NCBI RefSeq assembly: GCF_963921235.1
Contig: NC_086108.1
Span: forward strand, 44,766,001 to 44,826,000
Source of the DNA: Mobula hypostoma
Lineage: Eukaryota
Length of the DNA stretch: 60,000 nt
Direction of reading: 5' to 3'
Below are positions 24,144 to 37,989 of this stretch, one piece after another; positions within the stretch are counted from its first letter, which is position 1; the number at the start of each line of letters is the position of its first letter. Below the pieces are notes generated by a model, which did not search any database, was not told the origin of the DNA, and saw only the letters and a list, made by a program, of their open reading frames with translations. The position numbers and the translations under genes were made by a program.

Positions 24144-25680
24144 CAGGTTTCCCCCGCCATCCGAAGGTACAGCGTTCCAATGAAATGGTTCATAAGCCGA
24201 AATGTCGTAAAGCGAAGAAGCAATTACCATTTATTTATATGGGAAAATTTTGTGAGTGTTCGCAGACCCAAAAATAACTTACCAAATCATGCCAAATAAC
24301 ACATAAAACCTAAAATAACAGTAACTTATAGTAAAAGCAGGAATGATATGATAACTACACAGCCTATATTAAGTAGAAATACTTTTCCACAATCATTGCC
24401 GGCACAGATCTCCGTAGTGAAAATCTCACGCAAGCGCCGTTGGCAGAAAATCACATAAGCGCTGTTGGCAAAAACACGGCGCAAGCGCTCTCCAGTAATC
24501 TTTAAACTATGAAGCTGCCAAATCATACCAAATAACACGTAAAAATACACAGCTTATATAAAGTAGAAATAATGTATGTACAGTGTAGTATCACTTACCG
24601 GAATTGGTTCAGCGCCGAGCACACTGATGATGGTGTGTTAGGCTGAGTCGGAGTTTGGGTGGTGCAGTGGCCCCCACCCTCCGGGCCACCAACTGATACA
24701 TTGCCGCGAAGCACGCAGGGGTCCAGCGGTAGCCGGGACGCACCCAGCACATCTTTAAGAAAAAAGCCGAAATAAACATGCTAATTAATTACGTGCTGCC
24801 CCACACATAATTGTCGGCCCAGATCAGTGCTGATTGCCAGTTGCATTACCTCTGATCTGGGCCGACAATTACGTGTGGGGCAGCACCTAATTAAATAGCA
24901 TGTTTATTTCGGCTTTTTTCTTAAAAGATGTGCTGTGTGCCTCCCGGCTACTGCTGCATTCTCTGCGAATCAGTACAGTATCTGTCCGGGGCCCGGGTGT
25001 TGGCGTGGTGGGACACGGGTGTCATCTCATCGTCGATCAGGGTAGGCAGCTCATCTTCTCCTATGATTGCCCGCCTCGATGTCGAAGTTTGAGGTTCGTT
25101 GTCTGCTGTGGCTGATGTGGAAAGCTTGCTTGACTGCTGAGCCTCGCGCATTTTCCTATCACACAGTTCTTTGCAAGGACTCAAAGAATCTTGCAAATAT
25201 CCCCTAAACCTACGTATCCTTTGAAAATTAAAGTCGTACCTTATCGTTACTCATTCGGTTTCGATTGTTATCCTTTCCTCTTCCAGTTGCATCAGCTCTT
25301 CATCTGTCAGTTCTTGGTCATGGGATGCCAAAACCTCTTCAACATCATCTTCGTCAGCTTCCACAAACAAAACTCATTTTGTCCTTGCTTCATTCACCAC
25401 GATCGAAACGCTTAATTATGTCTAGTTTTACGCTGTGTAACACACTTATGAGCTCTTTCAGGCTTTTCCGACACCATAGAACTCATCTTGCAAATGACTG
25501 CTCACAGGCTCGTGTTAAAACAATGCTGGCGAGAATGCCGTTCTGAATCCGGGGAGAGCGGCTGCTTTTTATCGCACGCTGAATTTTTTTCGTAACAGTG
25601 AAAACACCTTCTGAAAGTGAAAACAGGGTACTAATGTAGGTCTTTCGTAAAGTGAACGTTCGAAAAGCGGAGGACACCGG
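24144..25680 (-). mobile_element. Second copy of the same Tigger-like element
   Basis: Colinear with 20522-22111; TA flanks; same termini and palindrome. Confidence 0.75.
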
Positions 25681-26609
25681 TATATGATTGTATAAAAGTT
25701 TTCTTTTGTAAAAAAAAATATAGTGATTATCTTTGAGGAAATCTATAGTATTTCTAAAAATTCCAAAACTGAAATGAACATTTTTTCTATCTTATGAAGA
25801 TGAAGGTAACAAATCTGTTACTGTTATTTGATACTTAGGAAAAACAAACAAATGCTTTATTTTAGAAATTTGTGTTTGTCAGATCCCTTCTGGATCTGTG
25901 CCACTCTGGTGTTTGCAATTGCAATAAGTGGGAACTTTGCCAATTTCTAGACTCATCATGGCCAGCGTGGTTATCGTTACGTACCTGAGTTCCATAAAGG
26001 TAGGGAGGAAATACTTCATTATTACAGAAATATAATTTAATTAAAATGTTTTCTTTAGGTGGCTCAGCGATGTAACGAACACGCTATCCTATTTAAGAAC
26101 AAGAAAACATTGATCACCATTTCACTCTGACATGAATGACCTCATCAGGCACATTGTGCACATTTTCCAGTATTGGTCTCACATGAAAAATGGTGCAGGT
26201 CAAGAAGCTATCTTTTAAATGCTGTCATTTGTAGATGGAATCTGATAATATTACAAAACTAATTTCATAATTATAGAATCTGCAATAACATAATAGATTT
26301 TAATTGCACTGTTGGTGATAATGGTATATATTAAAGGGTTTAATGGGGATTTAAAAATCTCCATTGGAAAGTGACTGTAACCAGACGGCATAAATGTAAA
26401 AGTTCCAAATGCAAATTGTTTGAATATGGAATGCTGTTATCAGTGGAAACAAAATCCATACAGCCTTTTGCTGGGATGCAGATAATATCTGAAAATGAAT
26501 TTTAAAAGGGCACAGGATATGTTCTGAAAACTAGATGTGCACTTGTTCATTGCCATCTTTCTGTGATGCAAAATTCTTGAACTACTTTGCAATAGTGTGT
26601 TAAATAATC

Positions 26610-27671
26610 CAGTGGATTCCATCTAATTGGGCCATTGGTGAATCAGGGCCGCTTATTTGGGACAACTCTTTTATTAAAAAAAAACACAAATACTAATGGA
26701 GAAAATAGCCAAGATTCCCTTCACTTATTTAGGACACCATGCTGCTTAATTGGGACAGGAGACTGTTGCTGAATAGTTTCTCTTTAATTTCAGTCATGTG
26801 CACTTATATGTCCATTAGATACTACAATGTGCTTAAAGTGTTAGTTGCTTGTGCTTACGTTATGTTATCCATTTGGCTGACAGATGCCAATCCAAAAAGC
26901 AGAGATTTTTAATAATTTTGTTTTTTATTTTGACTTTTAAAAAATTCAGACCCTTGCCAAACAGGCAAGTTTGAAACAGGCTGCATAGTTTGTCACTGAT
27001 ACTTGGCAAGAAATAAGCAGTACGACAATTCAGAACTGTTTTGCTCACTGCAGTTTTGAGCACTCAGACTTGGAGATGCCAGAAATGGCCAGCCGTGAAA
27101 ATGAAATGATTTCACTACTTCAGCAAGTTAGAAACAATGAAAAATTTGAAGGTATTGACAATCATCTTGAATGTTGTAATGAAAATGAAGATTTGGAGGA
27201 TGCAATTGTCAAAATCATTATATCAATGCACAAAGCTGAGAAAAAAGGAAATTATAATAAAGGTGACACATTGGAACTTGAGCTAGTGACTACACAGGAT
27301 GCCAGGAAATTTATTGTTGAATTATGACACTACTTCATGCAGAAAGACAATGAAGACAGTCCATTATCTATACTAAGTGTCTTTGGTGATTTTGTTCATT
27401 TACAATCAATCAGAAGAACATGACAGAGCAATCCGGATAAATTCCTCTGTTAATAACTATTAGGAACTAATACACAGTTTTATAGTACTGTTGTATTATT
27501 AGTAGAGTTCTGATTTGTTCTGCATTTCATTTAAATACATAATTTGTGAATCAGTTAAATGGTAGTTTTGTCTTTTATCTATTTCCATGAAACTTTGGTT
27601 AATTGGGGTAGCTGCTTAATTAGGCCAAATTGCACTGTTACTGATCTGTCCCAGTTAATCGGCATCCACTG
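26610..27671. mobile_element. Older Tigger-like non-autonomous element
   Basis: Inverted termini CAGTGGATTCC / GGCATCCACTG followed by TA; acidic ..VTTQDARKFIVEL remnant. Confidence 0.55.
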
Positions 27672-28669
27672 TATATACGAAAATGCTTGTTTTCCATGCC
27701 TGATTCTCTCCTTCTGCAGGTCCTTAAATTCTTCTCTCTATTGGAATTAAGATTCTTACATTTTAAATAAGCAACATCCAATCACATTTTGCTTTTATTC
27801 AGGAAACTGAATTTTGCTTGCTGTGGTAGGTGGCTGTCTGGGGCTGCCCACCTTCCAACTTGTAGCACTGACAGTTTTGATTGAGGACACTGTCATTAGT
27901 TTTGCCTTCTGTCAAAGCTTGTGAGGGGTATTAAGAAGGTCAAGTACAGCAGTGAGGTCTAGATAGCAAACTGCCCTGAGGTTGCAAAGGGCCAATAAGA
28001 TGGGCTGTCCACATTTGGCTCAGGTCAGAGCAGAAGTCTGAGGAAGATGGGCAACAAAATGTGGCCCAGCTTCTATTACAATATGTGATTCATAGATTGA
28101 TAGAAATTGGGCTCCCATTCTTAATGTTTAAAACATTATTGGCTGATTTTTCTACTCTTAGTATTTAGTATTTATTCCTGATCATGTTGAGGACAGAAAG
28201 CTACAATTGCAATTCATAAGATATTCATATTCAGAATTTATAAATGGCATAGTACAGACACTGGTATTATTACAATTATTTCCTTTATAAATTCTCAATG
28301 CTTTCAGTTTTCAGTATAAAAATGTATTTATAGTAGCTATTGGAGCATAACTTTCTTTTTATTTGTAGTTTCTATAGCAGCTACAGCAATCTACACTTAC
28401 GCCTGGCTTATTCCTCTTGGACTCTGGGGCTTTCTGATGTGGAGAAACAATAGTGAACATTGTCTCGTACTCATTCTTGGAGATAGTGTGTGTATACAGA
28501 ACTCACTATTTATTTACATCCCTACCGCAGTAAGTATGACCTTGATTTCGGTTAGGCTAAATTCATTGGGATGGTGTGACAGATCTTAACTCCAGTACTA
28601 GCGCCAGAGGAATGTATGTGTAGAACAATACAACAGGAACTTAGGAGGAATACTATTTGTAAATAGTTC

Positions 28670-30620
28670 AAAGTAAGTTGATTATCAAAGTACATATATG
28701 TCACCTTGTACAACCCTGAGATTCATTTTCTTGCGGGCATACTAAATAAATCCATACTAGAATGATAACCATAATTGAATCAAAGAAAGACCGTGCCAAC
28801 TTGGGTGTTCCGCCAGTGTACAAAAGGCAACAAACTGCAAATACAAAAATGAATAATTAATAATAATAAACAATAAATATCAAGAATGTGAGATGAGGAG
28901 TCCTTGAAAATGAGTCCATAGGTTATGTGAACATTTCAATGATGGGGGCAAGTGATGTTGAGTGAAGTTATCCCCTTTGGTTCAAGAGTTTGATGGTTGA
29001 AGGCTAGTAACTGTTCCTGAACCCAGTGGTGTGATTCCTGACATTCCTCTACCACCTTCCCAATGGCAGCAGTGAGAAGAGAGCATGACCTGTGTGGCGG
29101 GGGTCGCTGATGACGGATGCTGCTTTCCTACGACAATGCTTTGTGTAGATGTGCTCAATGGTGTGGAGGGCTTTGCCCGTGATGGACTGGGCCCCCTCCA
29201 CTACTTTGTGTGAGATTTCCATTCAAGGGCATTGGTGTTTTTATATCGTGCTGTGATGTATTCAGTCAATATGTTTTCCACCACACATCTGTAGAAGATT
29301 GTCAGAGTTTTAGAAGTCAGGCCAAATCTTCGTTAACTTCTAAGGAAGCAGAGGCATTGCCATGATTTCTTTGTAAATTCCTGTACATGCTGGGCCTAGG
29401 ACAGGTCCTCTGATGAACATTGACTTATGGACCTCTGGTTTCCTCCTCCTGAAGTCAAAAGTCAGCTTCTCAGTCTTGCTGATATTGATTGCGAGGTTGT
29501 TGTTATTTTCAGTCTCCCTCCTTTGTGCTGATTCATCATAACCTTTATTTGGCCAATAACAGTAGTGTTGTCAGCAAATTTGAATATGGCATTGGAGCTG
29601 TGCTTAGTCACACAGTCATATGTGTAAAGCGAGTAGAGCTGGGGGCAAATCATAGCCTTGTAGTGTACCTGTGCTGATGGAGATGGTGGAGGAGGTGTTG
29701 TTGCCGATCCAAACTGACTGAGGAAATCAAGGATCCAGTTGCACAAAGATGTATTGAGGCCAAGGTTATTGAAACTTATTGATTAATTTTGTGGGGATGG
29801 TGGTATTTTGATGCCAAGCTGTAGTTGATAAAGAGCATCCTGATGTATGCATTTTTGCTGTCTAAATGTTCCAGGGTTGAGTGAAAAGCAAATGAGATGG
29901 CATCTGCTGTGGCTTGTTTCTCCAGTAGGTAAATTGGAGTGGATCTAAGTCATTTCTGAGGCAGGAGTTGCTATGTTTCATCACTAACCTCTCAAAACAC
30001 TTAATCACTGTGAATGTAAGTGCTACTGGATGATAAGTCATTGAGGCAGGTTACTATTTGCTTAGGCAATGTTTAAGTAAAGTCTGCCTGAAACAGATGG
30101 GTACCTCAGACTACGGAAGGGAGGGGTTGAAGTGAACACTCCATCCAGCCCAGGTCTTTAGTACTCAGCCAGGAACCCCGTCTAGGCTGGATACTTTCCA
30201 TGGGTTCACCCTCCTGAAGGCAGCTCACACATCAGCCTCAGAAATGGGAGTCACAGGATTATCCGGGGCTGTGGGAGTTCATGATGGTTCGTCCATGTTT
30301 TGACAGTCAAAGCGAGCATAGAAGGCATTGAGCTCACCTGGAAACGAAGCCCTGTTGTCACCAATGTCGTTTGACTTGACTTTGTAAGAAGTGATAGTAT
30401 TCAAACCCTGCCACATCTGTCAAGTATCCTTCAATGATTCAAGTTTTGTCCAGAATTGCCACTTTGCCTGTGAGATGGCTTTCTGGAGATCGTACCTAGA
30501 CCTCTTTAACTTTCTTGGTCACCAGACTTGAATGCCTCTGATCTGGCCCTCAGCAGGTTTCAAATCTCATGGTTCATCCAGGGCTTCTGATTGGAGAAGA
30601 CTCGGAACGATTTTGTGGGT
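28670..30620 (-). mobile_element. Highly degenerate Rex/Babar-like LINE
   Basis: LYSLYTYDC..IFKFADNTTVIG RT remnant (29462-29746). Confidence 0.6.
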
Positions 30621-31203
30621 ACTCAAAAAAAGTGTAAAGTAGTATGGATTGTTAACTTTATAGTATTTGGGTCTGTTTGAAGATGGTACTGACTTCTCTG
30701 AAAGGTGAAGGAAATGCAGGTGGAAAATTTGGAAAGGTATTAAGAGTTGTTGCTGGGATTAGGTGTTCCTGGGGACACTTCGCCAGCCAACTACTTTAGT
30801 GGCTTGGACTTGGCCACAGTTCAGGAAGCCGACTGATATCAGGATATCTGATCCTGCTGAGGTTTTTTTTAAGGAATAGCTTGTAGATGATTCAAAGATC
30901 ACAGAGGCATGTTCATCTTAGTTTGTAGTGTTTGGCCATGCTATTTGTAAACATTGTAAGAGAGGATCAAAGCGAAACTGCTCATTATTTTAATACAAGC
31001 TGCAGACAAAATAACAAAAATGTGCTGAGGTGAGGAGCAGGACAAAATATAGAATGTATTGTAAGGCTGGTACCAACAGTGCAAAGGTAATAATGACTGA
31101 GGATTCTTGCTGAAAATCTACAGTAAGAGCCTCTTGTGTATCATCACATTTCAGAAAAATTCAGTAATGTAGCTATGCACTTTTCAGAACCACATTTATG
31201 AAA

Positions 31204-31257
31204 ACGAAAACCAATTTCCCCCGGGATCAATAAAGTATGACTATCACTATGACTATG
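31204..31257 (+). mobile_element. Extremely 5'-truncated Rex1-like 3' end
   Basis: Matches the tail at 1929-1976 (gaaaaccaatttcccccgggatcaataaagtatgact...); tatgaaaac on both sides. Confidence 0.65.
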
Positions 31258-33841
31258 AAAACAATGTTTCTAAGAGTACTGTGTGATCATGCTTTTTTCC
31301 CGAGATGAGATGCAACTCTGGAATTTTGAGGCACTGCTTGATCATACTTGTGTTAATGAACCATCCTTCGTATCTGATGTTCTTAGAATCATACAACTAT
31401 CAGCGCAAAAACAGGCCTTTTACCACCCCCCCCCACCCCCGTCTGAGAGAACCATGAAGCAGCCATTTATACTAATCTTACACTAAACTCATTTCCTTCT
31501 CCACACATTCCCACCACTTCTCCCACATATGAATTAAATAATCCAATGCCTAAAGCAAAGTTGAATTGCTGAGGTAAATTAGATCTCGTGTATCCAAAAT
31601 TGGTCTCTTGCAACTCAACAAAATTTTTGTAGCAGTGCTTGCTCAGCAGTTGCCTGATTTAATGGAGACCGACCGCTCTGACTAGTAGTGGAAGCTCAAA
31701 GCGGGTAGTTTTTCTTTAAACCATTCACTTGCCAGCTCCAGCTATCCTTCGCCCACTAAGATTCAAGCTCAAACTTCCACTGAGTTTCTTTTCCTATGCT
31801 TTGTATTAACACAGACAGCATAGATCTTGTAGAAGCATGTAATGCTTTTTCCCTTGCTGTGTTGCAGATGCTGTGGATTATTCCAAGTGAGATAGTACGT
31901 TGGCTGACAATAGTATTAGCCATGTGCCTTTCAGGCACCGTGCTAGTGATGACCTTCTGGCCAGCTGTCCGGGATGATAACCGGAGAATTGCCATAACAA
32001 CTATTGTAGTTATTCTGATCCTTCATGCCCTGCTTGCCGTTGGCTGTAAGGTACATATGGATTTGTAATTCTGATGATGTGTCACAAACCTGAAATGTTA
32101 ACTTCCTCTTTTCACAGATGCTGCCTGACACGTTAAGTTTTACAGATTTTTAAAAACTTTATAATTTACTTGCTTCATGGAACCAATAATTACTGTATAT
32201 TGACATTCTAATTAATTACAAAAGCATTCTGCTTTGTCAATTTTTTCACTAAATTGTGCATTGGGAAAGAATTAAAATCAGGATGATTTTTGTCTTGTAT
32301 TTATTTTCCTTGATCTCCATAAATCCACTGAGCAAATTCCATCAGCCTCTTTTCAATAGTTCCATTTAATATCAGAGAATGCACACAATGTACAACCTGA
32401 AATTTCCACGAGAAAAGAAGAGTGCCCCAAAGAATGAGTGACAATAAAAACATTAGAACCCCAAAGCCCCCCTGCTTCCCTCCCATGCGCAAGCAGCAGC
32501 AAAGCAATCACCCTCTCCCTTCCCCACCCCATTTACTTCAGTAAAAAAATATCAGCACCCTTCACCCACCAGGCAAATAATTGCAAAGCCCCCAAGAAAG
32601 ACCATGATCTGCAGTACCACAAAGACTAGTCTTTCACCTGGCAATTTGACATACCACAGACACATGCCCTCTCCCCTCCCCCTCCCCGTTGAGTTCAAAG
32701 AAGTTGCTGTCAAGTGCCATCATATATTCCAACAGTTTTATTTTCCTAATGAACATAAAACAGATTTAGAAAGACAAAATTGATTCCAATATTGAGCAGT
32801 CAGTAACTGAGGTGAAACTGAGTGTAGCATACAGCTTAGAAGGATTTACAAATTCTCTTTCAAAAAATGGAATGTGTTCCATTTTATATTAATGTAAGTA
32901 AATATGTTTTTATTTGTTGGGCTCCAAATTCGAATGGCCTGTATCTTTTTATCTGAAACTATCCTTATTTTCCAAAGCATGTTGGAAACCTTGTTGAAAC
33001 AATTTTTTTAAAATTCTATTGGTAATGGATTTCTTGTATTGTTCAAGCTTTCACTGTTTTTATTATATGTTTTCTGATTTTACAAGTTATTTTTCTTCGG
33101 TTTTTTTTGCACAGTGAATGCAGTTTTTAATTAACCACCATCTGAAGCCAAGTTTCTTTTCTTTTGCCTTAAGGGTCATATGCACACATCTGGTGTACAT
33201 TTTCTTGGGAAAATTTACTTTAAAATACCATTGGTCTTGATATTAAAGTGTTTTTATTGCTATTCCCCAGGCCTATTTCTTTGATCCACCAGAAAAAGTC
33301 AAGCCTTCTCTTGTCACGACAACAATTACTCCAACTCGTAACGGAACTTTGGTGACAAAGCCCCAAGTTACGAAGGCTTCATAACTTGTCAGGTGAGCAT
33401 TTCCATGAGCTGGGTATGAAGGGCAAATAGGAGAAACAAAATTCTTAATCCCAATTTAGACTTTGATTGTTTTAGCTTTAACTTAATGGGTTTTACATTA
33501 GATTCCAAAAACTAGTTAGCAGATTGTCATGAACGAGAGATTCAACAGATGCTGGAAATCCAAAACAACACATACAACTTGCCGTGGGAGCTCAGCAGAT
33601 CAGGTAACAGTATTGTCAGTTAATCATATGAAACAGCCTCTGACCCATGCAGAATAGGAAGTCTCAGGATTAGCTCCAATCTGTGAAAATTTATCTGAAT
33701 CTCATGGTTACATTTCAAATGGTCTTGAATGGATACAATAGTCTAATAGTTAAATTACTTGATTAGCACTCAGGGTTCTGAGCCATTGATCCAGAGGCTG
33801 AATCCTCTCCACCATAGCAGATGGGGAAGTTAAACTCAAAT

Positions 33842-34530
33842 GCAAGCACGAGGAAATCAGCAGATGCTGGAATTTCAAGCAACACACATCAAAGTTGCTG
33901 GTGAACACAGCAGGCCAGGCAGCATCTCTGGGAAGAGGTACAGTCAACGTTTCGAGCCGAGACCCTTCGTCAGACTAACTGAAAGAAGAGCTAGTAAGAG
34001 ATATGAAAGTGGGAGGGGGAGGGGGAGATCCAAAATGATAGAAGACGGTGGTGGGGGTGGGAATGGAGCCAAGAGCTGGACAGTTGATTGGCAAAGGGGA
34101 TATGAGAGGATCATGGGACAGGAGGCCTAGGGAGAAAGAAAGGGGGAGGGGGGAAGCCCAGAGGATGGGCAAGGGGTATAGTGAGAGGGATAGAGGGAGA
34201 AAAAGGAGAGAGAGAAAAAGAATGTGTGTATATAAATAAATAAATAATGGACGGGTTACGAGGGGGAGGTGGGGTATTAGTGGAAGTTTGAGAAGTCAGT
34301 GTTCATGCCATCAGGTTGGAGGCTACCCAGACGGAATGTAAGGTGTTGTTCCTCCAACCTGAGTGTGGCTTCATCTTTACAGTGGAGGAGGCAGTGGATT
34401 GACATATCTCTTACTAGCTCTTCTTTCAGTTAGTCCTGACGAAGGGTCTCGGCCTGAAACATCAACTGTACCTCTTCCTAGAGATGCTGCCTGGCCTGCT
34501 GCATTCACCAGCAACTTTGATGTGTGTAAC
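33842..34530 (-). mobile_element. Penelope-like insertion with inverted terminal segments and a 12-bp target duplication
   Basis: ttaaactcaaat at 33830-33841 and 34531-34542; arms ~33884-34000 and ~34405-34527 are inverted; similar to 14760-15250. Confidence 0.7.
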
Positions 34531-35416
34531 TTAAACTCAAATACAGCTTCTGAGACATTGGTGCCAAGGTGTGTGAATTCAAATCAACTTCTCTAAACAT
34601 GTCCCTGAGCCATGCATTCACTTTTCAGATCTTGTTGATCCAATGCCATTTGCACATTGTGCAGGTAGTACTCCAGGGATTGTTATCCTCTGTGATTCTG
34701 TTTCTTGAATCTAGAACCAGGCTGTTCATGCTCCCTCAGTAGAACCTCCTTCCTAGTTCTACTTAAGATCTGCTAAGGCTATTGGGAAGAGTTTAAACTA
34801 GAATTGCTGGGGGGTGGGAACCGAACTGAAGAGATGGAGGAAGGGGCAGCTGGCTCACAAATAGAGAAAGCTTGTAGGGACTGTGAGAAGGAGGATAGGC
34901 AGATGATAGAGAAGGGATGCACTCAGACTGATGGTTTGAGATGTGTCTATTTTAATGCAAGTATCATGAACAAAGCTGATGAGCTCAGAGCGTGGATCAG
35001 TACGCGGAGCTATGATGTTGTGGCTATTACAGAGACTTGGATGGCTCAGGGGTAGGAACGGCTACTTAGAGTGCCAGACTTTAGATGTTTCAGGAAGGAC
35101 AGGGAGGGAGGCAAAAGAGGTGGGGGCAAGGCGCTGCTGATCGGAGATAGTGTCACAGCTGTAGAAAAGGAAGAAGTCATGGAGGGAATTGTCTACTGAG
35201 TCTCTGTGGGTGGAAATTAGAAACAGGAAGGGGTCAGTAACTCTACTGGGTGTTTTTTATAGACCACCCAATAGTAACAGGGACATCGAGGAGCAGATAG
35301 GGAGACAGATTCTGGAACGATGTAGTAACAACAGGGTTGTCGTGATGGGAGATCTTAATTTCCTCAATATTGATTGGCATGTCTCTAGAACAAAGGGCTT
35401 TGATGGGGTGGAGTTT

Positions 35417-36080
35417 ATTGTTATTGTTATCATCAATGAAGACCTCGACACTCAACTCGGCACGGACGGAAAGTGTGCCCGGGAGCGGCCTGACTGGATT
35501 CAAACTCAGGAACCTTCGCTCCGAAGTCTGGCGCTGATGTCACTGTGTCACCAGCTGAGATACGATGGTGCCGAGACTAGCGCTTGATTTGGATTTAAGT
35601 GAGGGAGAGTTGCGCAGCATCAGCCTCACTCTCTCTTCCCAATTCCCATCTGGATCCAGTGGCAAGACAAGAATCGAGACGGCTGGAAATGGGACTAGGC
35701 GCAGCGGATGACCAGGACAGCTTCTGTGTCTTGTGCTCCACGCGTTCCACGACACTTGCAGAGACAGCCTTCTTGACTATTGGACCTTCCATTGGTCTCG
35801 TCTGCTCAGTCCGCCAGAGTCTGTCTTCACATGCTGGGATAGACAACTCCCTATCTCACCGAGGGTTGTAGACCCATTGGCTACCCCCACCTGGTTTAGC
35901 CAGCTTGTCGAAGCGATTGCCTGGGGTGTGGCCGCTGTCGCATGCAAACAGCTTCGGGGACCACAGGTGAGAGCTGAGTGCCAGGTGGGGACCAAAGGTG
36001 GACAAACAGCCCTGAAAAGGATGCGACATGTTCCCTCAGCACAGGTGCTACCCCTCCCTGACACCCCATACACTCCTAGT
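35417..36080. mobile_element. Composite insert: tRNA-derived SINE (-, ~35417-35556) plus RTE-5'UTR-like sequence
   Basis: Minus-strand A/B-box-like head and (aataac)n tail; agttt on both flanks; RTE assignment is from memory only. Confidence 0.5.
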
Positions 36081-37989
36081 TTGCTAGGTGTGTTCAGGAA
36101 GGTCTCCTGACACTATGTAGATAAGCCTACAAGAGGAGAGGCTGTACTTGATCTGGTATTGGGAAATGAACCTGGTCAGGTATCAGATCTCTCAGTGGGA
36201 GGGCATTTTGCAGATAGTGATCACAATTCTATCTCCTTTACCATAGCATTGGAGAGGGATAGGAACAGACAAGTTAGGAAAGCGTTTAATTGGAGTAAGG
36301 GAAATATGAAACTATCAGGCAGGAACTTCGAAGCATAAATTGGGAACAGATGTTCTCGGGGAAATGTACGGCAGAAATGTGGCAAATGTTCAGGGGATAT
36401 TTGTGTGGCATTCTGCGCAGGTACGTTCCACTGAGAAAGGGAACGGGGTTCAGAAACAGTGGTGTACAAAGGCAGTTGAAAATCTAGTCAAGAAGAAAAG
36501 AAAAGTTTATGAAAGATTCAAAAAAGTGGGTAATGATAGAGATCTAGAAAATTATAAGGCTAGCAGGAAGGAGTTTAAGAATGAAATTAGGAGAGCCAGA
36601 AGGGGCCATGAGAAGGCCTTGGTGAGCAGGGTGAAGGAATACCCCAAGACATTCTATAAGTATGTGAAGAGCAAGAGGATAAGACATGAGAGAATAGGAC
36701 CAATCAGTGTGACAGTGGAAAAGGAAGGAGGAGGTAGCGGAGGTACTTAATGAATACTTTGCTTCAGTATTCACTATGGAATAGGACGTTGGCGATTGTA
36801 GAGATGACTTACAGCAGACTGAAAAGCTTGAGCATATCGACATTAAGAAAGATGATGTTCTGGTGCTTTTGGAAAGCATCAAGTTAGATAAGTCACCGGG
36901 ACCGGACGAAGTATACCCCAGGCTACTGTGGCAAGTGAAGGAGGAGATTGCTGAGTCTCTGGCAATGATCTTTGCATTATCAATAGGGACGGGAGAGGTT
37001 TCGGAGGATTGGAGGGTTGCAGATGTTGTTCCCTTATTCAAGAAAGGGAATAGAGATAGCCCAGGAAATTATAGACCAGTGAGTCTTCAGTGGTTGGTAA
37101 GTTGATGGAGAAGATCATGACAGACAGGATTTATGAACATTTGTAGAGGCAGAATATGATTAGGAATAGTCAGCATGGCTTTGTCAAAGGCAGGTCGTGC
37201 CTTACTAGCCTGATTGAATTTTTTGAGGATGTGACCATAAACACATAGATGAAGGTAGAGCAGTAGATGTAGTGTATATGGATTTCAGCAAGGCATTTGA
37301 TAAAGAACCCCATGCAAGGCTTATTGAGAAAGTAAGGAGGCATGAGATGCTTTGTGGATCCAGAACTGGCTTGCCCACAGAAGGCAAAGAGTGGTCATAT
37401 TCTGCATGGAGGTCAGTGACCAGTGGTGTGCCACAGGGATCTGTTCTGAGACCCCATCTCTTCGTGATTTTTATAAATGACCTGGATGAGGAAGTGCAGG
37501 GATGGGTTAGTAAATTTGCTGATGACACAAAGGTTGGGGGTGTTGTGGATGGTATGGAGGGATGTCAGAGGTTACGATGGGACATTGATAGGATGCAAAG
37601 CAGGACTGAGAAGTGGCAGATGGAGTTCAAACCAGATAAGTGTGAGGTGGTTCATTTTGGTAGGTCAAATATGATGGCAGAATATAGTATTAATGGTAAG
37701 ACTCTTGGCAGTGTGGAGGATCAGAGGGATCTTGGGGTCCTAGTCCGTAGGACACTCAAAGCTGCTGCGCAGGTTGGCTGTGTGCTTAAGGAGTCATATG
37801 GTGTATTGAGTTCAAAAACTGAGAGGTAATGTTGCAGCTGTATAGGACCCTGTTCAGACCCCACTTAGAATACTGTGCTTGGTTCTGGTCACCTCACCAC
37901 AGGAAGAATGTGGAACCTATAGAAAGGGTGCAGAGGAGATTTACAAGGATGTTGCCTGGATTGGGGAGCATGCCTAATGAGAATAAGAT

